Below, piece after piece: positions 13,999 through 29,849 of a stretch of DNA of 64,000 nucleotides. The notes under the pieces were generated by a model, which searched no databases, had not been told where the DNA came from, and was given only the letters and a program-made list of their open reading frames with translations. The position numbers and the translations under genes are program-made. Origin of the DNA: Eledone cirrhosa (lineage: Eukaryota). The stretch's first letter is position 1, and each line of letters starts with the position of its first letter. The stretch spans positions 304,296,001 to 304,360,000 of the forward strand of contig OZ024740.1 in NCBI GenBank assembly GCA_964016885.1, written 5' to 3'.

Positions 13999-15304
13999 TG
14001 TTTTGTTTCATAGAAACATTAGCACATTGATCTTATAGTGCCAACGTGCCTGTATTTCACACATTTGGGCCAGTGCCAACTGTAGCCAAGTAAGTGTAGA
14101 AATAGTGAAGATATAAAAATAATAATAGGATAAAGATAATAATTATTGTTCTGCCATGAGTAAATCTGTTGAATTGAAACTATGATCCTCAACTATAATT
14201 TCCATATCCATCTTAAGAAACTGTGTATGTGTGTGTCTGATAATGAATCAGGTAAGGTTGATGTCCTTAAGGATTTTGTTCTGTTCTGCTCTGCTTTCCT
14301 GACAACAGGCAGTGGTGGTGGGGGTACTGTTTAGTTAGGAAGAGGTTGGGGGGGGGGGGGGGCATTACTTATATCTGTTTCAGGTATTCTCTATCATTGA
14401 TGTTCACAGATTTTATGTATTTTCTACATCATATCTGAAAAATATATAACAACACTGACTGTATCACATTAAAAATGAAAGCTTTTATTATAAATGTTCA
14501 CAATAGTCTGTCCAACAATAGTTAAGATACATTAACATCTGAATTAATAAATCTGTTTTTAGTTATTTCCTGCTAAATCATTACAATGTTAAGTTTGCAT
14601 TGAAAATTATCTTTATTTAAGAAAAATATATTTATTTCTTTTCTGCAGACAAATGTCTAAAAATCTTATATTAAAAAAACAATATTATACTGATAATCTG
14701 TAATAAGTTCAGTGGATTGCAGCATATGTAGAGCTGGACAAAATGATTCTTATGTCCAGTTTTACATTCTGAATGCAAATATTGCTGATGTTGGCTTTTT
14801 CCTGTGTTAGTGGAGTTGGTTGTGTCTGCTACACAACTTGCCAGAAAGATGTAGTTTTGTTCTTTTGTGGGAAATATTTCTATTAATGTGAAATAAAGGA
14901 AAAAAAGCATTGCTAATTCTAGTTGTAATAAATCTATGCTAAACAAGCATTTAAATATATGTATATGTGTGTGTGTGTGTGTGTGTTTATAACACACACA
15001 CACACACACATACCATAACAGTAGCATGGCAGCTTTCTGAGACAGATTCTTTACATGATGTCTGCTTAAAAGAATGTTTTCAACTTGAACAGCAATTGTT
15101 CTCAGGTTCACTCACTGACTAATCTTACTCCTGGTAGATAGTCTCTTTTACTACACACACACACACACACAGGTGCACCCTCACACATAATAAGGTGAGA
15201 AAGCTCTCACTTAGAGACATACATACAGCCAAACATTTTTCTACGCTCAACCTCACCTCTTTCTCTCTCTCTTACTTTCACCTCTTTTCACTCTCTCACA
15301 CATA

Positions 15305-15359
<55 letters not shown>

Positions 15360-16066
15360 CCTTTATCACTCCTACTTTTCTTCCACACACTCTAATTTGC
15401 AATCTCTTTTACTCTCACTATCCCCATCTCTCTCTCTCTCTCTCTACATACATACATACATACATACACACAGTGACTACCAACATGCTCCTGGCAATTT
15501 AAAGTCAGAAATAGTGGGGAGCACAGCCATACAAATATAAGGGACTGAAACAGGCAGTGTATATAGCATAGGAGAGTGTAGATTTGGATGTTTGTCTATA
15601 TATCTATTATATATAGTTTGTCAAGACTCTGTTAGTATGGTTGTTTGTCAGCATACCTCTGTCTTTCTCAATTGGTCACACTGAGTGTATGTCTCTATAT
15701 CTTGTCTTTCTCAGTTGGTACTGTGTATAGTGTCTCTACATATTTATAAGATTCTGTGTATGTGTGTGTGCTTGCATGCAAATGCGTGTGTTTGTATGTC
15801 TAGTTATGTGTGCCTTTATGTATGTATATGTCTCGGCTCTATATCGGTTTTTTGGGTATTTTTTTCCTATATGTGAGTGTTTGTGTATCTGTGTTTGTCT
15901 ATATCAGTCTCTCTACCTGCTTTATTTCACCACACTGCTGCCAGCTCTATTGCTTGGCCTGCAGGAGGCCATCATAGCTTCTGATTGGTTGCAGAACAAA
16001 TCTGTCATGTTGCCTGCTATATCTGGTACAATGACACTCCTCACCAACAACATACACTTTCTCATT

Positions 16067-16251
<185 letters not shown>

Positions 16252-18174
16252 TGATTCTTTTTCCTATTTTCCTAGCTGTACATTCTTTCCCACTCCTCTC
16301 TTTCTATGGCTGCTCTCGGAGCACACAATCTTTCCAATAGCAATCCTTTGTAGATTCTATAGCATACCCTACAGATATGCTATATAACTCACTCTCTTTT
16401 CTCTCTCTCTCTCTTAACATGTCTTAATCTGTAGCTCTGTATCTATCTTTCAATGTTATCCCCAATCTCTCTGTTCTACACTCTGCCATTTTCGTTTTAC
16501 CAATTAAATGTGATGTCTTGCTTAATTTGTTGTCTTTTAAATTGTCTATTATCTTATTCTCAGTGTAATTAATGAATGCTATTTACTTACTAACCTTGTA
16601 CCAGATTTCTACTGATTTTACTACTACTACCACCACCACCACCTGCTACCACTACTTCATCTACCATGATGGCTGTTAGTGTCATTTAACATAGGCTGTG
16701 GCTCTCAACATATTTCAGTTGTCTTCTGACTGTCTCAGGTGAACTGTTGGTACCCTGACACAACTAACATTTGTATAGTGTATTGGCTCTCCAACTATAT
16801 TTCACTACTACAGACATGTGCTACTGGCAGCTGATAGTACTCCAGTCCCAAATAGGAGTGGCGGTGGGGGTTTCTAGCCCTACCTCCCACCGGTTTTTTT
16901 TTTTTTTTTTCCAGAATTAGTTGTTTAGTTACATGATGAGGCCCCATCCTATTTATTTTATAATGTATAGGATTTCTTGTAATGTACTTTTTTTTGTCTT
17001 GTACAAAATGTCTAAAGAAAATTGTTACAAGAATGCTACTATCACTTAAAAAAAAATTCACAGGAGATAGATTAGCAAAATTTAATAAGCGGGTGGGGTA
17101 AAAATATTGAAGACCCAAGTAGAGCTGAGTGTGTATGTTATGACCATACTTAACTGCTCTATTGATTTACTTGTTTAATTCACAGACAACCACACTTAAA
17201 ACCTTAAAGCACTATAGGCATTGCTGGTTTGTAGTTCCAGCAGTTAGGGTATCCTCCTCACACTGTCGTTTTTATGACTCATTATTTAACTTGTAGAAAC
17301 TTGAAAAGAACTAGTCAGACCACCAGGGAGCTACGGTGGGGGTGGTGGGGGGGTGACTACCCCCCTCCTCCCTTGTGATCGATTAGTTTTTTCATGAGCC
17401 AACAATTATTGAACAATTCCAATAAGAATCAGTTAACCCTTAATGTCCTGTACCACATGAAATTGCATTAGCAAGATATTCTTGAAAAATTAGTTGTAGG
17501 TGGAAGATACTCATTCGGACGTCACTTTCTCTCTATTTCTATATATATATATGTGTGTCTCCCAAACTATGGTTCTGATGTGAGCTGGGTGCGGCTAACT
17601 GGCCAGAGCCTCATAACAGTGCCATCCAGTTCCACACAGACAGTAAATGTTGTTGGTGTTAGGAAGGGCATCCAGCTGTAAAAGTCCAAGCAAAATTACA
17701 GTTCCATCCAAGCAAGGTACGGTGTGGTCAACTGGACAGGCTTGTCTCGTGACTTGGGCGACCCATCTAACCCATGCAAGCATGGATAAATAGATGTTCA
17801 ACAGTGTTGATGATGCACACACATTAGAGTTAAAGTTAGTCTAAACTCAATTTACCGTTTACCATTCTAATAAGAATTTTGCTATAATCAACCAACCATT
17901 GCAAATCATTGATGACGATCATGATGATGGCTGGCATATCAACAATAGCAGTGGACAGAAACACAAATGTGTTTGTTTACAAACACAAACATACAGGTGC
18001 AAGCATGGCTGTGTGGTTAAGGAGTTTGCTTCACAACTTCCTGGTTTAAAATTTTGTCCCACTACGTGGCACCTTGGGCAAGTGTGTTTTAGTATAGCCT
18101 TGGACTGGTACACAGAAGCCTGTCGTGTGTGTTTGCATTTGTGGCTGCATCTGTGTATATGTTCTGTAACTTTG

Positions 18175-18442
18175 TGTGTATATATATATATATATTATGT
18201 GTGTATATATGTATATATATATATATGCGTGTATATATGTATATATATATATATGCGTGTATATATGTATATATATATATATGCGTGTATATATGTATAT
18301 ATATATATGCGTGTATATATGTATATATATATATGCGTGTATATATGTATATATATATATATGCGTGTATATATGTGTATGTATATATGTATATATATGT
18401 GTGTATATGTATATATATATGTGTGTGTGTGCGTGTATATAT
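18175..18442. repeat. Compound (TA)/(GT) minisatellite with ATGCGTGT units, lying inside a SINE
   Basis: Repeated TATATGCGTGTATATATGTATATA units. Confidence 0.9.
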
Positions 18443-20334
18443 GAATGGTAAAGACCCCCTTCGGTTGCAAATGACCATGGAATTTGCAACACAGCATGTT
18501 TGTGGAAGACCAGCAGTCACCCATATAAACCAGTCTTCCTTCTCCACCACACTGATGTTGTCTCCAATGGAAAGGAAATGACTGATACAACTTGACATCA
18601 GTGACATTGCTACTCATTTCTCCATCTGAGTGAACTGGAGTAGTGTGAAATAAAATGTTTTGCTCAAGGACACAATGCATCAGCCTGTCCAAGAATTGAA
18701 CTCATAACCTCACGATTGCAAGTCCAATGCTCTAACCACTAAGCCATGCATATATATATATGCGTGTGTGTATGTATGTTTCTAAATGTTTGTGGGACCT
18801 CTCTCTATTCAACAGCCTTTAGCAGTAACCTTATAATTCTGCTTTTCTCTTCCATCATGATAGTAATTTCTGAGGAGGCACATAAGGTGTGTTTCTACCT
18901 GATACACCCCACCATAACCCATTCTGTTCTGTCAGCCATTACTTTCTCTCATCATCACTCATCTTTATTACTAGTCATCAGTCTCTCTCTCATATGTATT
19001 TGCCATTACTGTCTCTCTTCTATTATGCCCTTCTCTTCACTCTGCTTACCTCATCATGCTTTTGCTTCCTTCTGTTACTCTTTGCCATTACAATCTCTCT
19101 TCCACTACTTCCTCCAGCAATGTTTCACTCTCTTCTTTGCCACCCTATACCCTGCTGCTTTCTCTGTCATTTCTTTCTCTCTCTCTCTCTCTCACACACA
19201 CATACTCCTCTGGCCTTGAATAAACAGAAACAATATTGTTGTGACTACCCTTTAGTCTTGCAATATTCATGGCAATCTCACTAGTGCTGGTGCCATGGTG
19301 AAATATACCCAGTATACTCTAATGTAATTGGTGTTAGGGAGGGTATCTAATCTTAGAAACCATTCCACAAATGGAGTGTGCCATTTGGGAAGGTGGTAGC
19401 ACGAAATAAGAACTCAGATCGCAACTTATCCAGCCCATGTCAGCATAGAAAGCAAGTGCTTGATGATGAGGCTTATATATACGTAAAGTCTGTCTCAAGC
19501 CAGGGGGCTGATCAGGCTGGTGCTTATTCCGGTGGTGTGAAGCAACTGAGAGTACATGACTCCCTCTTGGACAGGATACCAGTACATCACAGGGTTAAAG
19601 TCTGTCTCAAGCAACGGGACTCGTCAGGCTGGTGCTTGTGGCATGAGCAACTGAGAGTACATGACTTCCTCTTAGGCAGGACACCGGTCCATCGTAGGGT
19701 TAAACCTCCAGCTATTACTGGTATGCGTTTTCAGCTGAGTATATTGAAGTGAAATGAAGTGATTTGCTCAATAGCACAACATACAACCCAGCCCAGGAAT
19801 TGAAGCCATGACATTATGATCATTAGTCCAAATCCTTATCACTAAGTCACATGCCTCTACATATATATATATATATGGTATACTGTATATATACGGGTTT
19901 TTTTTCACTTTTCTCTTCCTTCCTTCATACAGAAAACTCCATTTACCTACCAAACCTTGTTCTGAGCTTGAAATTCATAGTGCACCATCACATGCTCATA
20001 TACTGGTAAAAGATTGAATATCTTGGACACATTGGTTACAAGGCTGCTGCATATATTGTCTATGAATCAGTCAGGAGTGGTGATTTAACAGGGCCCATTA
20101 ATCTTCTCACTTTGTCTTACAATATCTGTGCTTCCTGCTCTTTGCTATATTGCATAGGCAATGATCGGGATTATTTCATTTAAACGTGTGTGTTTTTAAC
20201 TCAATTTAAATAGAACTGCATGTGATGTGCAGCATCAATCTTATGTACAAGTCAAAAAATGAAGCCAAAATATATACACACATACATACCATATATGTTA
20301 TACATATTCTATATATTTATTCCCCAACAACATC

Positions 20335-20860
20335 TCAATTCACACTAACACACTGCCTTGCAATACGGAACACTTCACGCCTCTGATCCTCACCTCTCAA
20401 GACATTGGCAAATTTACTTTCTTCAGTCTCTCTCTGAGCTGAGTATACCTGTTGCCTAGCTTCTTTCTTAGCTACTTGGTACCGGTCTCTGCTACCCTCA
20501 TTTTTCCGGTCTTTCCATGCCTGTCTCTTAGCTTTAATGGCTGCATTTACTGTGCTGTTCCACCACCAGGTCACCATCTGTTTGGCTGTCATTTTACTCC
20601 AGCCGCAAGTCTTACCAGTAGTTCGCAAAAGGTTGTCAGAATTTCTAGTTGCCCTCTACTTTATATGTATCTAGCTTGCCATCTCTCTCATCAAGTGCAT
20701 CCTGTAAGGCCTCTAAACTGATATTTAGCCAAGAGGTCCTTTAGCTTCCACACCCTCTGTCTCCATATTTTCCTGCATGTCTTGTTCTGTCTTTTGTTTA
20801 TTTTGATGTCATTAATAACTAACTTGCGCTGGACAGTGCATCCTTCACCGGGGAAGGTTT
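20335..20860 (-). mobile_element. RTE-like LINE fragment (endonuclease-RT linker)
   Basis: TWWWNSTVNAAIKAKRQAWK..YQVAKKEARQQV is typical of the RTE ORF linker. Confidence 0.75.
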
Positions 20861-22609
20861 TATTATTTATTACAGTGTGTTTGTCTTGTATATATATATA
20901 GAGAGAGAGAGATTACTAAAATCTGTATTCTTCCACATTGTTTTGCATTTGAGATAATAGCTTCGGGATTGCTGACAAATTTCAGGGTTAATTTAACATC
21001 AGTTCCTTGAAATTCTCTCTCCACAAATACACACATACATAGCATGCTTCTCTGATGTCTTAAGCCACCAGTTTCAACATCCCTCCCATCCCTCTATTTA
21101 ATGCTACTTTTCTCTATGACTAACACCAGCAGTTTGTTACTTTACCACCCACAATCTAATTGGACATATGGCAACTGTTCTTTAATACCGCTGCTGCTAT
21201 TACTTCGCTTCCTTCCGTGAAAATTGCCTCTATTTACACTTAATTTTTAAATGGCAATTGTTTTATTCAATTGTTAGGCCGATTGGCTGACCTGTAAACT
21301 AGCTTGTACATTTGTCCTATTGTTATCATTGACATTTTTCTACTTTAGTTCTTCTTATGCTTCATAGGAACTGAAAATGATGTAGCTTGTATCTGATAAT
21401 GGAAGTTACAACACTTATAACTTAACTTTAACCACTAATCCATTTCTGCTGAAATGTAAGCTGTGCAGTAACTTAAATTCTTATCAAATCTTTTCATAAC
21501 ATTTATTTTGAAATGGATTTATGGGCTTCCCCACTACACATTCTAGGTGAGGAGATAAATCAAATTAATAGAATTTTATGTCAACATTGGTATTTGTTAC
21601 TCAGTAAAACACACCACCAAGTAGATGGTTCTATCCCTCAGGTCCAATACTGGCAACTTTTTTATCTGTAGTATACTTGCAATTATCAAATTTTTTCATT
21701 CAGTTCCATTGAAATAATGTGGAAAATTAATAATTGTTTCTACTTTAGGCACAAGGCCATCAAATACCCAGTGCATTACTGGTACTTTATTTTATCGACC
21801 CCGTAAGGATGAAAGGCAAAGTCATCCTCGGCAGGATTTGAACATTAATAATAAAGTTTTTTTTCTCCTCCAGTGCATTGTATTGCTATGGCGTAAGATT
21901 AATATTCTTTTGAAATATGGGGATTCACTTCGTTTTTGTAAAAGGGGAAGATTTCTTTTGTTTGATAATGATAGCATTAAAATTTTCTGCAGTGTTATCA
22001 CTGCCATTCAAATACAGATGTTAGTCATTTATACTTCACACCCATGTACATTAGTCAACCATCATGGGAAGCTTGCCAGTTGATTTTTTTTTTTAAACCA
22101 TCATCACCACATACCAATCTATTATAACACTCATGTGGAATTTCTCTCCGTTCATTTAGTTTAAATCCTGTACTGTATCTATACTAATGGACCATTCGAA
22201 TGTAGTTACTACTTTAGTACATTGCAATTTACTAATCTTGTGTATTGAGCACATGTATATGTATGTGTGTGTGGAACTTCCAGTTTGGTTGGATTATTTA
22301 TTTCTTTATTTTTAGGCGAGAATTTTCCACTTACTCCTATTTTTTTAAAACCACGTACTTTATTTCAACCTCATGTCTTCATTTTATTCATATACACACA
22401 TATATATAGCGTGGATGTGTGGTCAATCAGCTTGTTTTAGGTTCTGTCCCACTGCATGGCACCTTGATCAAGTCCTATTTTAGCCTTAGACTGGCCAATT
22501 GAAGGATGGAAACTGTAAGGAAGCCCATCTTTGTGTTTGTTTCTCTTTGCATTTGACATTATAGGTGGTAATATTTGATTATACTTCCACTTAAAGAGAT
22601 TCCACTACT

Positions 22610-22934
22610 TACTCTCAGGCTTCGAAACCCCCCCCCCCCCCCTATATTTTGCTAATTTATCTCCAGCAAAATTTTATTTTAAGTGGTAGCATTCCTGTGA
22701 CAATTTTCTTTAGACATTAAAAAACATTATACATGACAAAAATGGAACATTACAAAAATCCCATACGGTATAAAATAAATAGGATGGGGGGGGGGGGGGG
22801 GGGGCTCAATATGTAAACTAAAGGACTAATTCTGGGTTTTAAAAAATTAATGGAGACAACCTAGAAAAATTAATTTTCCATACACGCATACCACACTTAT
22901 TCTAAACCTCCACTTATTTGGGACCCAGGAGTAA
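22610..22934. mobile_element. TA-flanked MITE (inverted partial copies at ~16839-17105 and ~24555-24760)
   Basis: Imperfect TACTC..GG / CC..GGAGTA termini. Three related copies share the ATAAAATAAATAGGATGGGG and GCATTC motifs. Confidence 0.6.
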
Positions 22935-25900
22935 CAGTTGGATGTGGAAAAATGTGTACATCTAGCTGTCGAATTCTGGCTCAAGGGTCCTTATTCAACC
23001 CATGCATCATTATTTTTGCATCTGTTTCCCACACTAGTATGAGATAGGTGGGTTGTTGTGGTGCAAGTCAGTTCTTAATTGGAGTTACTGTCTTCCAGGT
23101 GGGTCTGGGGATGAGGATCCATCTTGTCCATATCTTCCAATTTGGGGCTGAATTTTATAGCTGGATGATATCCTTCCTAATACCAACCACTTAAAGTGTA
23201 CTGAGTGATTTTATCATGGCAGAGCACTAAATGAACCCTTTCTACACTAAAGAGCTTGCTTTGTCTCTGCATGGCAAAAAGTCCTTTCCACTCTGACATC
23301 ACCATTCATTCAAGACAAAGATGCCCAAGAATTTAATTTGAAAGACTGGGGGATTGTAAGTGATAGGGTGGTTGAGAAGAGAGAGAAGCAATACTAATTA
23401 TGTGCTTGAGAGTGAATTATAGTTAACAGAAAATGATAGGGCTGAATATGAAGAGATATCAGGTGTATCCTCTGTCTTCACACAGTTATTTTGATGGTAG
23501 TTAGATGTAATTGTAGAGAGTTGGTGGTGAAAAGGAGGTAGTGAAAATTGAAAATGGGTGATGTATTGATTGAGTGGTGGTAGTGAGAAAGGTCTTGATA
23601 ATATCAGGTATGATAGTGATAATGGGTGATATTTGAGGGTGTTCTGGTGGTAAAAGTGGCAGTGGCAGCAGAGAATTGCAGGTAGGTGAGAGGTACTGAT
23701 GATGTTAAAGTGTGTGGTAGTGATAATGAGGAATTTAATCCTCAGCAGATATGCTCCCTAAGGTGAGGGTGATGGGTGGTGCATAGGACAGTGACTGGAG
23801 ATTCAACAGGGGTATAGTGGACAAGAGCTTCCATTTCACTGCACTTACATTGGTGGGTTGGTCTTCTACACAGTACATTTCCAATCATTGCAGTCTTCAA
23901 TCATTATCTTCCTTGTTCTTTTCCTTCGGGTTCCTGCTACTTCCAGCACTTGGCACTTCATAATACAATTAACATCCTCCATATGTATTGCATGTCTGCA
24001 CCAGTGCAGTCTTCTCTCTTATTGCATATGATTCCTCTTTTAACCAGCTTTTCTCTCAATTTATTTGTGCTCCCTCATTCATGTACACTATTGTTAAATT
24101 CCTGCATCACTTCTTTCCAGTCATTGTATCCATGCAGCATTTCTGTTTGTGTGCAAACATACAAGCTGTCTTTCACTTTTGAGATAGAAACCCTGGTTAC
24201 TCTGCTTTTGGTATTCCCGCATCCACTGCTAATGTGGTCACATAGGTAACACACACACACACACACAGATATTGGATGTTTTCAAATTTGTAGCAGGGGC
24301 TGGGATTAAGAAAATTATGATTTTTATGGCTGACTACTTTTCCTAACACCAACAAATTTACAGCATGTACTTGGTGCTTTTATTGTGTAATAACCAACAC
24401 TAGGGAGGCTGTCACATCCTTGATACAGCTACAGGGTCCTCTCAACCCTTTTAGGCATAATTTCTACAGCAGGGTCCCAACCACCCTTACAGAGTGTACA
24501 GGGTGCATTTTTGTTGCACTATCACTTGAGAGGTTGTTGGTTATAGACCCAACAATAGTCGTTTAGTTTACATATTGAGACCCCAACCCATCCCGTTTGT
24601 TTTATAATGAATGGGATTTTTTGTAATGTACTTTTTTTGGTTTTCATGTATGTTTTTTAATGCCTAAACAAAATTAATTGTTGCGGGAATGCTACCACTT
24701 AAAATAAAATTCTGCTGGAAATTTAATTTGAGCAAGAGTTATTCGGAACCTGAGAGTAGTTTGGAGGAGATACTGTTGTATTTTCACGGTAAAGGTTTTA
24801 CCTTACACAATTAAATCTGAGATATTGATGTTATTTATTTTGAGAACAATACCTTAAAATAAGTATGAGTTACAGCTGGTTTGAAGAGAAAGTGGTGAGA
24901 GAATTCTGGGCAGATACAGCCGGTTTAAATGCTAATGGCTTAAGATGCTTTGTTCTCTTAGACTTGGTATAAATTATAATTGTTATGTATGTATCAAGTC
25001 TGGCTGTAATAAACTAACAATATTTTACATACAGATTTATTACGATATAGCTGATAGGTGCAAACTGAGAATTTAAGCCGAAAACAACAATCATTAGCAC
25101 AAATAAAAGCTAATTCTCTAGTGTAAAAGATTAGCAGTTTTCCACTTGTTTCCCACCCCCACAGGGTAAATAACAAGTGTTCGGTAAGAGGATTACTCCC
25201 ACCTTACCGTTAATTTTTATCAGCTATTTTGCTAGATAAGTTATGAACAATCTCTGAAATAACATCTGCTCTCTCTCTCTCTATCTCTCTCTCTCTCAAA
25301 AGAGCAAGGTATAACAAATAATGATACCACAGTTGATTTTAGAAATTTAATGAACACTGGTATTATAGATTTACCTAGTATTTATGAAAGTTACAGTTTC
25401 ATTTTACTTTAAAAATCATAGGTAAACTTAAGAATCTATGAGGCTTTAAAGTTTATTTGACTTCTATGTAAAGGATGTATTCATACTTAGAATAATCCAT
25501 ACAACTTTAGATTTCCCTTGCAGCTAAATGGAATATATTTGCTGAGGTTGTCATATGACATGACTGAGAATCTTAAAATAATAGTATATTTTTAACCCTG
25601 TAAGTAGTATAATAAGTAGTCTAGTTCTTAATAATCTCCAATTTTATTTTAAAGTTTTACAAAATGGTACAATCATTTCAATTTACATTTTTGTCATTTC
25701 TCTGGATTAGAATTTCATGGAGATGATCTCTGATACTATTAAACTGACAATGTCATAGAGTTGATCTGTATGTGATACTATTAAACCGAGAACAATGGGT
25801 CAGAAAATTGGGCAAGTGGCTTAAATCTCTCTAACTTAATATATTATTTTAATGTTCTCAGTTTATCAATAAATGATGCCATAGTGCATCTACAGCAGCA

Positions 25901-28900
25901 TTAAGGGATCCAGGATGATGTAAGGTTTTGTAATAAAACAGCATACGTTTCCTTCTAACCACCAATGTAGTATTTTCTCATTTTGTATTTTATGTCAAAC
26001 ATAAGTTAAGGGTTTCTGATCAATGATTAAGGTAAATAATTTACCCCATTGATAACCTCAACCACTCAATGAGCTTATAATATGCAGTGATTTTTTTTTT
26101 TTTTTTTTTTCGTAGCATAATTTAGTGACTCACTGTTAAGAATAGCTTCCAATGGCAGCCCTTCGTCATCCATTTTGACAATGAAAGTAACTGAACATAT
26201 GTTCATCTACTTTGACTGGTGGTCATGAAGGTGTCAACAAAAAAAAAGCACCCAGTCCACTGTTAGGTGGTTGATCTGGTAGTATGATGAAAAGCACCCA
26301 GTTCACACTGTAATATTGTTGGCCAGAACAACCAAGCCCAAAACATCTGTATGAGCAAGAATTGGTCACCTGATCTAATCTGGCTTGTCTCATAACGTGA
26401 CAACCTGTCTAACCCATGCAAGCATGAAAAGTAGATGTTAAATGGTGGTGATGATGATGTAATAGGTGTTTTTTATGTCATTGATTGCTTTCACAGTCCC
26501 TTGGAATGGAAACAGCATTGATTAGAGGTTTTGTTCTTTTAGAAAAGCAAGGAACCCATCAGGGATAACAAGTGATTGATGATACAAGATAAGGAATCTT
26601 TATTAGCAGGCACGGGATTTAATAAAGATACCAACTCCAATACTATGGGCATGTGGTTAGAATGTCTCAGAAAAGAATCACTGGACAGATTTTATGGGCA
26701 AAACCAACTGACAGGAAACCCAGGGGTAGATCCTGAGCTAGATGGTTGGATAACATCCATGAGCTTGGCTGGTCTCATTTGGGGATCTAGTCGGATCAGT
26801 TGGAGACAGTTGCTTCTGACAGGACCTGCTGGAAGGAGTGTTTGAGGACTCTTCCCCCACGACCCTCTCAAGAATAATTGGGCGAAGAAGAAAAGATATC
26901 AACTTGTCTGAAACTAACCCTGGTTTATGACACAAAATTGCTCGTTTTAGAATTTTCGTGTCTAAATTAACACCCATTGTAATCTTTTGTAAGAATTTTT
27001 TTTTTTTTAAGTAATGTTTCAAAATAACTTGAAACAGGGCTATGTATTTCATTAGAAATATGGTAACAAAAGGGTTACGTGGAGTTAAATGTGTGGGGTC
27101 AGAACATAATTTGCTATGGTTAATTTGATAACCTAGAATACAGGTTATATAAAAATTAATATTTATCATTATTCAGTGTCTTGTTAGATTTACAAGCAAC
27201 TTTTACAAATTTAGGTGAGCTTATATTACTCTAGTCTTACCACATACAGTGACATAATCTAAGATGTACGTGCCTTCCCACTCATTTTCAAGAATAAGAT
27301 TGTCTATAATTTGTTAGGTATATGGAACAGTATCATTATGATGTTTAAATGGAAACCGTGACTGTCTACCTTGATTGCAGTAAATATCTCAATAAGCAGA
27401 ACACATCTCTATACAATGGCATTTGCTTCATTAAGCAATAGTACTAAATACCTTATAAGAAGATAATTTAACTAGATCAAAGTTGGACTATGGCTAAACA
27501 GGTGAATTTATAAATAGTTTTATAGTATTGAACTACTAATTTCCTTTTGCTGTAAATATTAATGATACGTAGTTGGGCTCAATAGAGTGAGTCACTTGAC
27601 TCGACAGTATCTTCTCTAAGCTTTCACTTCTCATTGAATAAACTCAGAATCAGATTTTGCAATTATGTGTTTAAAATTTGGTGACAGAATAAAGAAGACA
27701 GTGCGCATTGGTTTTTAGTGGTGCCAGAGAGCAAACTAGCCAATTTAGGGTGATTGACAGGCATGTTTGCTCAGAAATAGGTTGTATGAAGAAACATTTC
27801 AGTTATTTCGATATTTTTCTGTTGATTCTAATTCATAATATTTCTTGATTTGCAGTCAAATTAACTGAAAGCATTGAAATCATAGCCATATAAGTCTTAC
27901 GTTGAGCACATCTGAGTACCATTTTTTTTCTTACACTTGAAACAAATAGTTTCACAGGCTAGGCAGTAATCATGCCATAGAAAATTCCCGCAGAAATAAC
28001 ACATTTGATCCCAGCACAAAAACAAGAGTATGTTTGGTTTTTAAATAATAATTTTTTTAAATCCTGGTTATTGTCTGGTTTTTTAAAATCCTGGTTATTG
28101 TCTGGTATTGAAATAACGTATCTTTAAATCAGATCACTCTCCTTTCCAAGAGACAGTAATTGTAAAATCTCATAGCCTTTCAGTAACCTATTTCTATTTG
28201 CATGGTATGGTATGGTATAGTTCTGTAACTCCTGATGGAGTCATAGTGAGATATAGCGTTTCTTGGGTATTTTAAGCCTAGTGGAGCCCATCCCTCTCCA
28301 GGCCTGAATACAGCAGATGTCTTCCAGAGAAGAATAGAGAGTGAGAAAGAGATATAGAGGAAGAATCAACCCAGTACTAGGCTGGTATGTTTTTTATTAA
28401 CATCAAAAGGATGAAAGGCAAAGTTGACCTATAACATAAAATTATTAAAGTTGATCACCTTAGTAAGGATATTGGAAATCATTGTTTAAATATTTATAAT
28501 CTGTAACAGCAGAATTCAAGCGGAAGCTAGAACTCTATCCACCTCTCTCATTTGTATTTCTCTCAAATAATATGCAAGTTAAAAAATGATTATATAAGAA
28601 AATTGTTCAATGTTTCTTCTCAACTGTTTTTATTTTAGATTTTATTTAATTTATACTAGGCATAATTCTTGACCTTTACATTTAAACTATGGGAGACCTT
28701 TAAAGAACACCATAAATTACACGTTAAAGGAAATTTCCTGTTAAATAGAATTCAAGAATATCAGCAATTGTTTGTATTTCTAGTATCTTTTTCATTTGTC
28801 ACTCTCTTCCCTTCACTTTCTTTCTTTCCATATCTCTTTCCATCTTTTTCTCCAGAGATACTACTGACTATTTCTCAGCAAATCACTTAACTTTTCTTTC

Positions 28901-29653
28901 ATAAGGCTTCAAAATATTTTTTAAAGTGTTGTTTCTCTCATTTTAAAATTCTTGCTTCGTATCTTTATCGTCAATTTTGGTTTTATGTTGCTTTTCAATG
29001 CTTGTATGTGTTGGATGAGTTCTTTCCAAAACAACACCTTGCCAGTTATTGTGTTCTTTTGTCATCTTTGTGAGGTTCACTATCCTGACATCAGCTTTCA
29101 CCACATCTGTCCACATCTTCCTTGGTCTTCAGCCCATAACACCTGAATCTGTCACCACATCTTCCTTGATCTCTTTCTCTGGCTTTCTTCTGCACACAAC
29201 ACCTGAAACTTTTTTGTGCAACTGCCATCATCCACTTACATTACATATCCATACCAATGCATTTTTCACTATTTCATGCAACATCCAATTTCCCTTATTC
29301 GCATTTTTTTTTCCTTTAAATTCATCTGCGTCATCATTCATACACATCCATTGGAGCATGCTTGCTTCATTTCTTTCCAGCCTTCTGCATTCACTGCCCA
29401 TATTTCACTATCATGTAACATTGCACTACACACTCAAGCATCAGTCAATCTACCTTTTTCTCAGCGAGAGAATACCTTTGTTGGCAGTACAGGTAGCTCC
29501 TTGAAATTTTCCCGCCCCGTTCTTATTTTAGCTACTATGCTTTTAGAGCAGCTTCTTCTATTGCTGGTTAGGTCATTTAGGCAACAGAAGCTATCAGCTA
29601 CTTTTATGGAATCTTCTGAGCATTGCACAGATTTTATTCTAATGGTACTTTAA

Positions 29654-29849
29654 CCCTTTAGCATTTAAACCGGCCAGAATTCTCTCACCTCTTTCTGTTC
29701 AAACCAGCTGTTACTGGCCACTCATACTGATGTTAAGGTATTGTTCTCAAAATAAATAATATCAATCTCATAGATTCGATATTATGTGAGGTAAAGCCTT
29801 TACCACAAAAGTATAATAGTAAATATAGAGTAATGTAAATGCTAATGGG
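29654..29849. mobile_element. piggyBac-type MITE, family B (copies at 37224-37409, ~24775-24939, partial ~31755-31810)
   Basis: TTAA-CCCTTTAGCATTTA...TAAATGCTAATGGG-TTAA. Confidence 0.8.
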
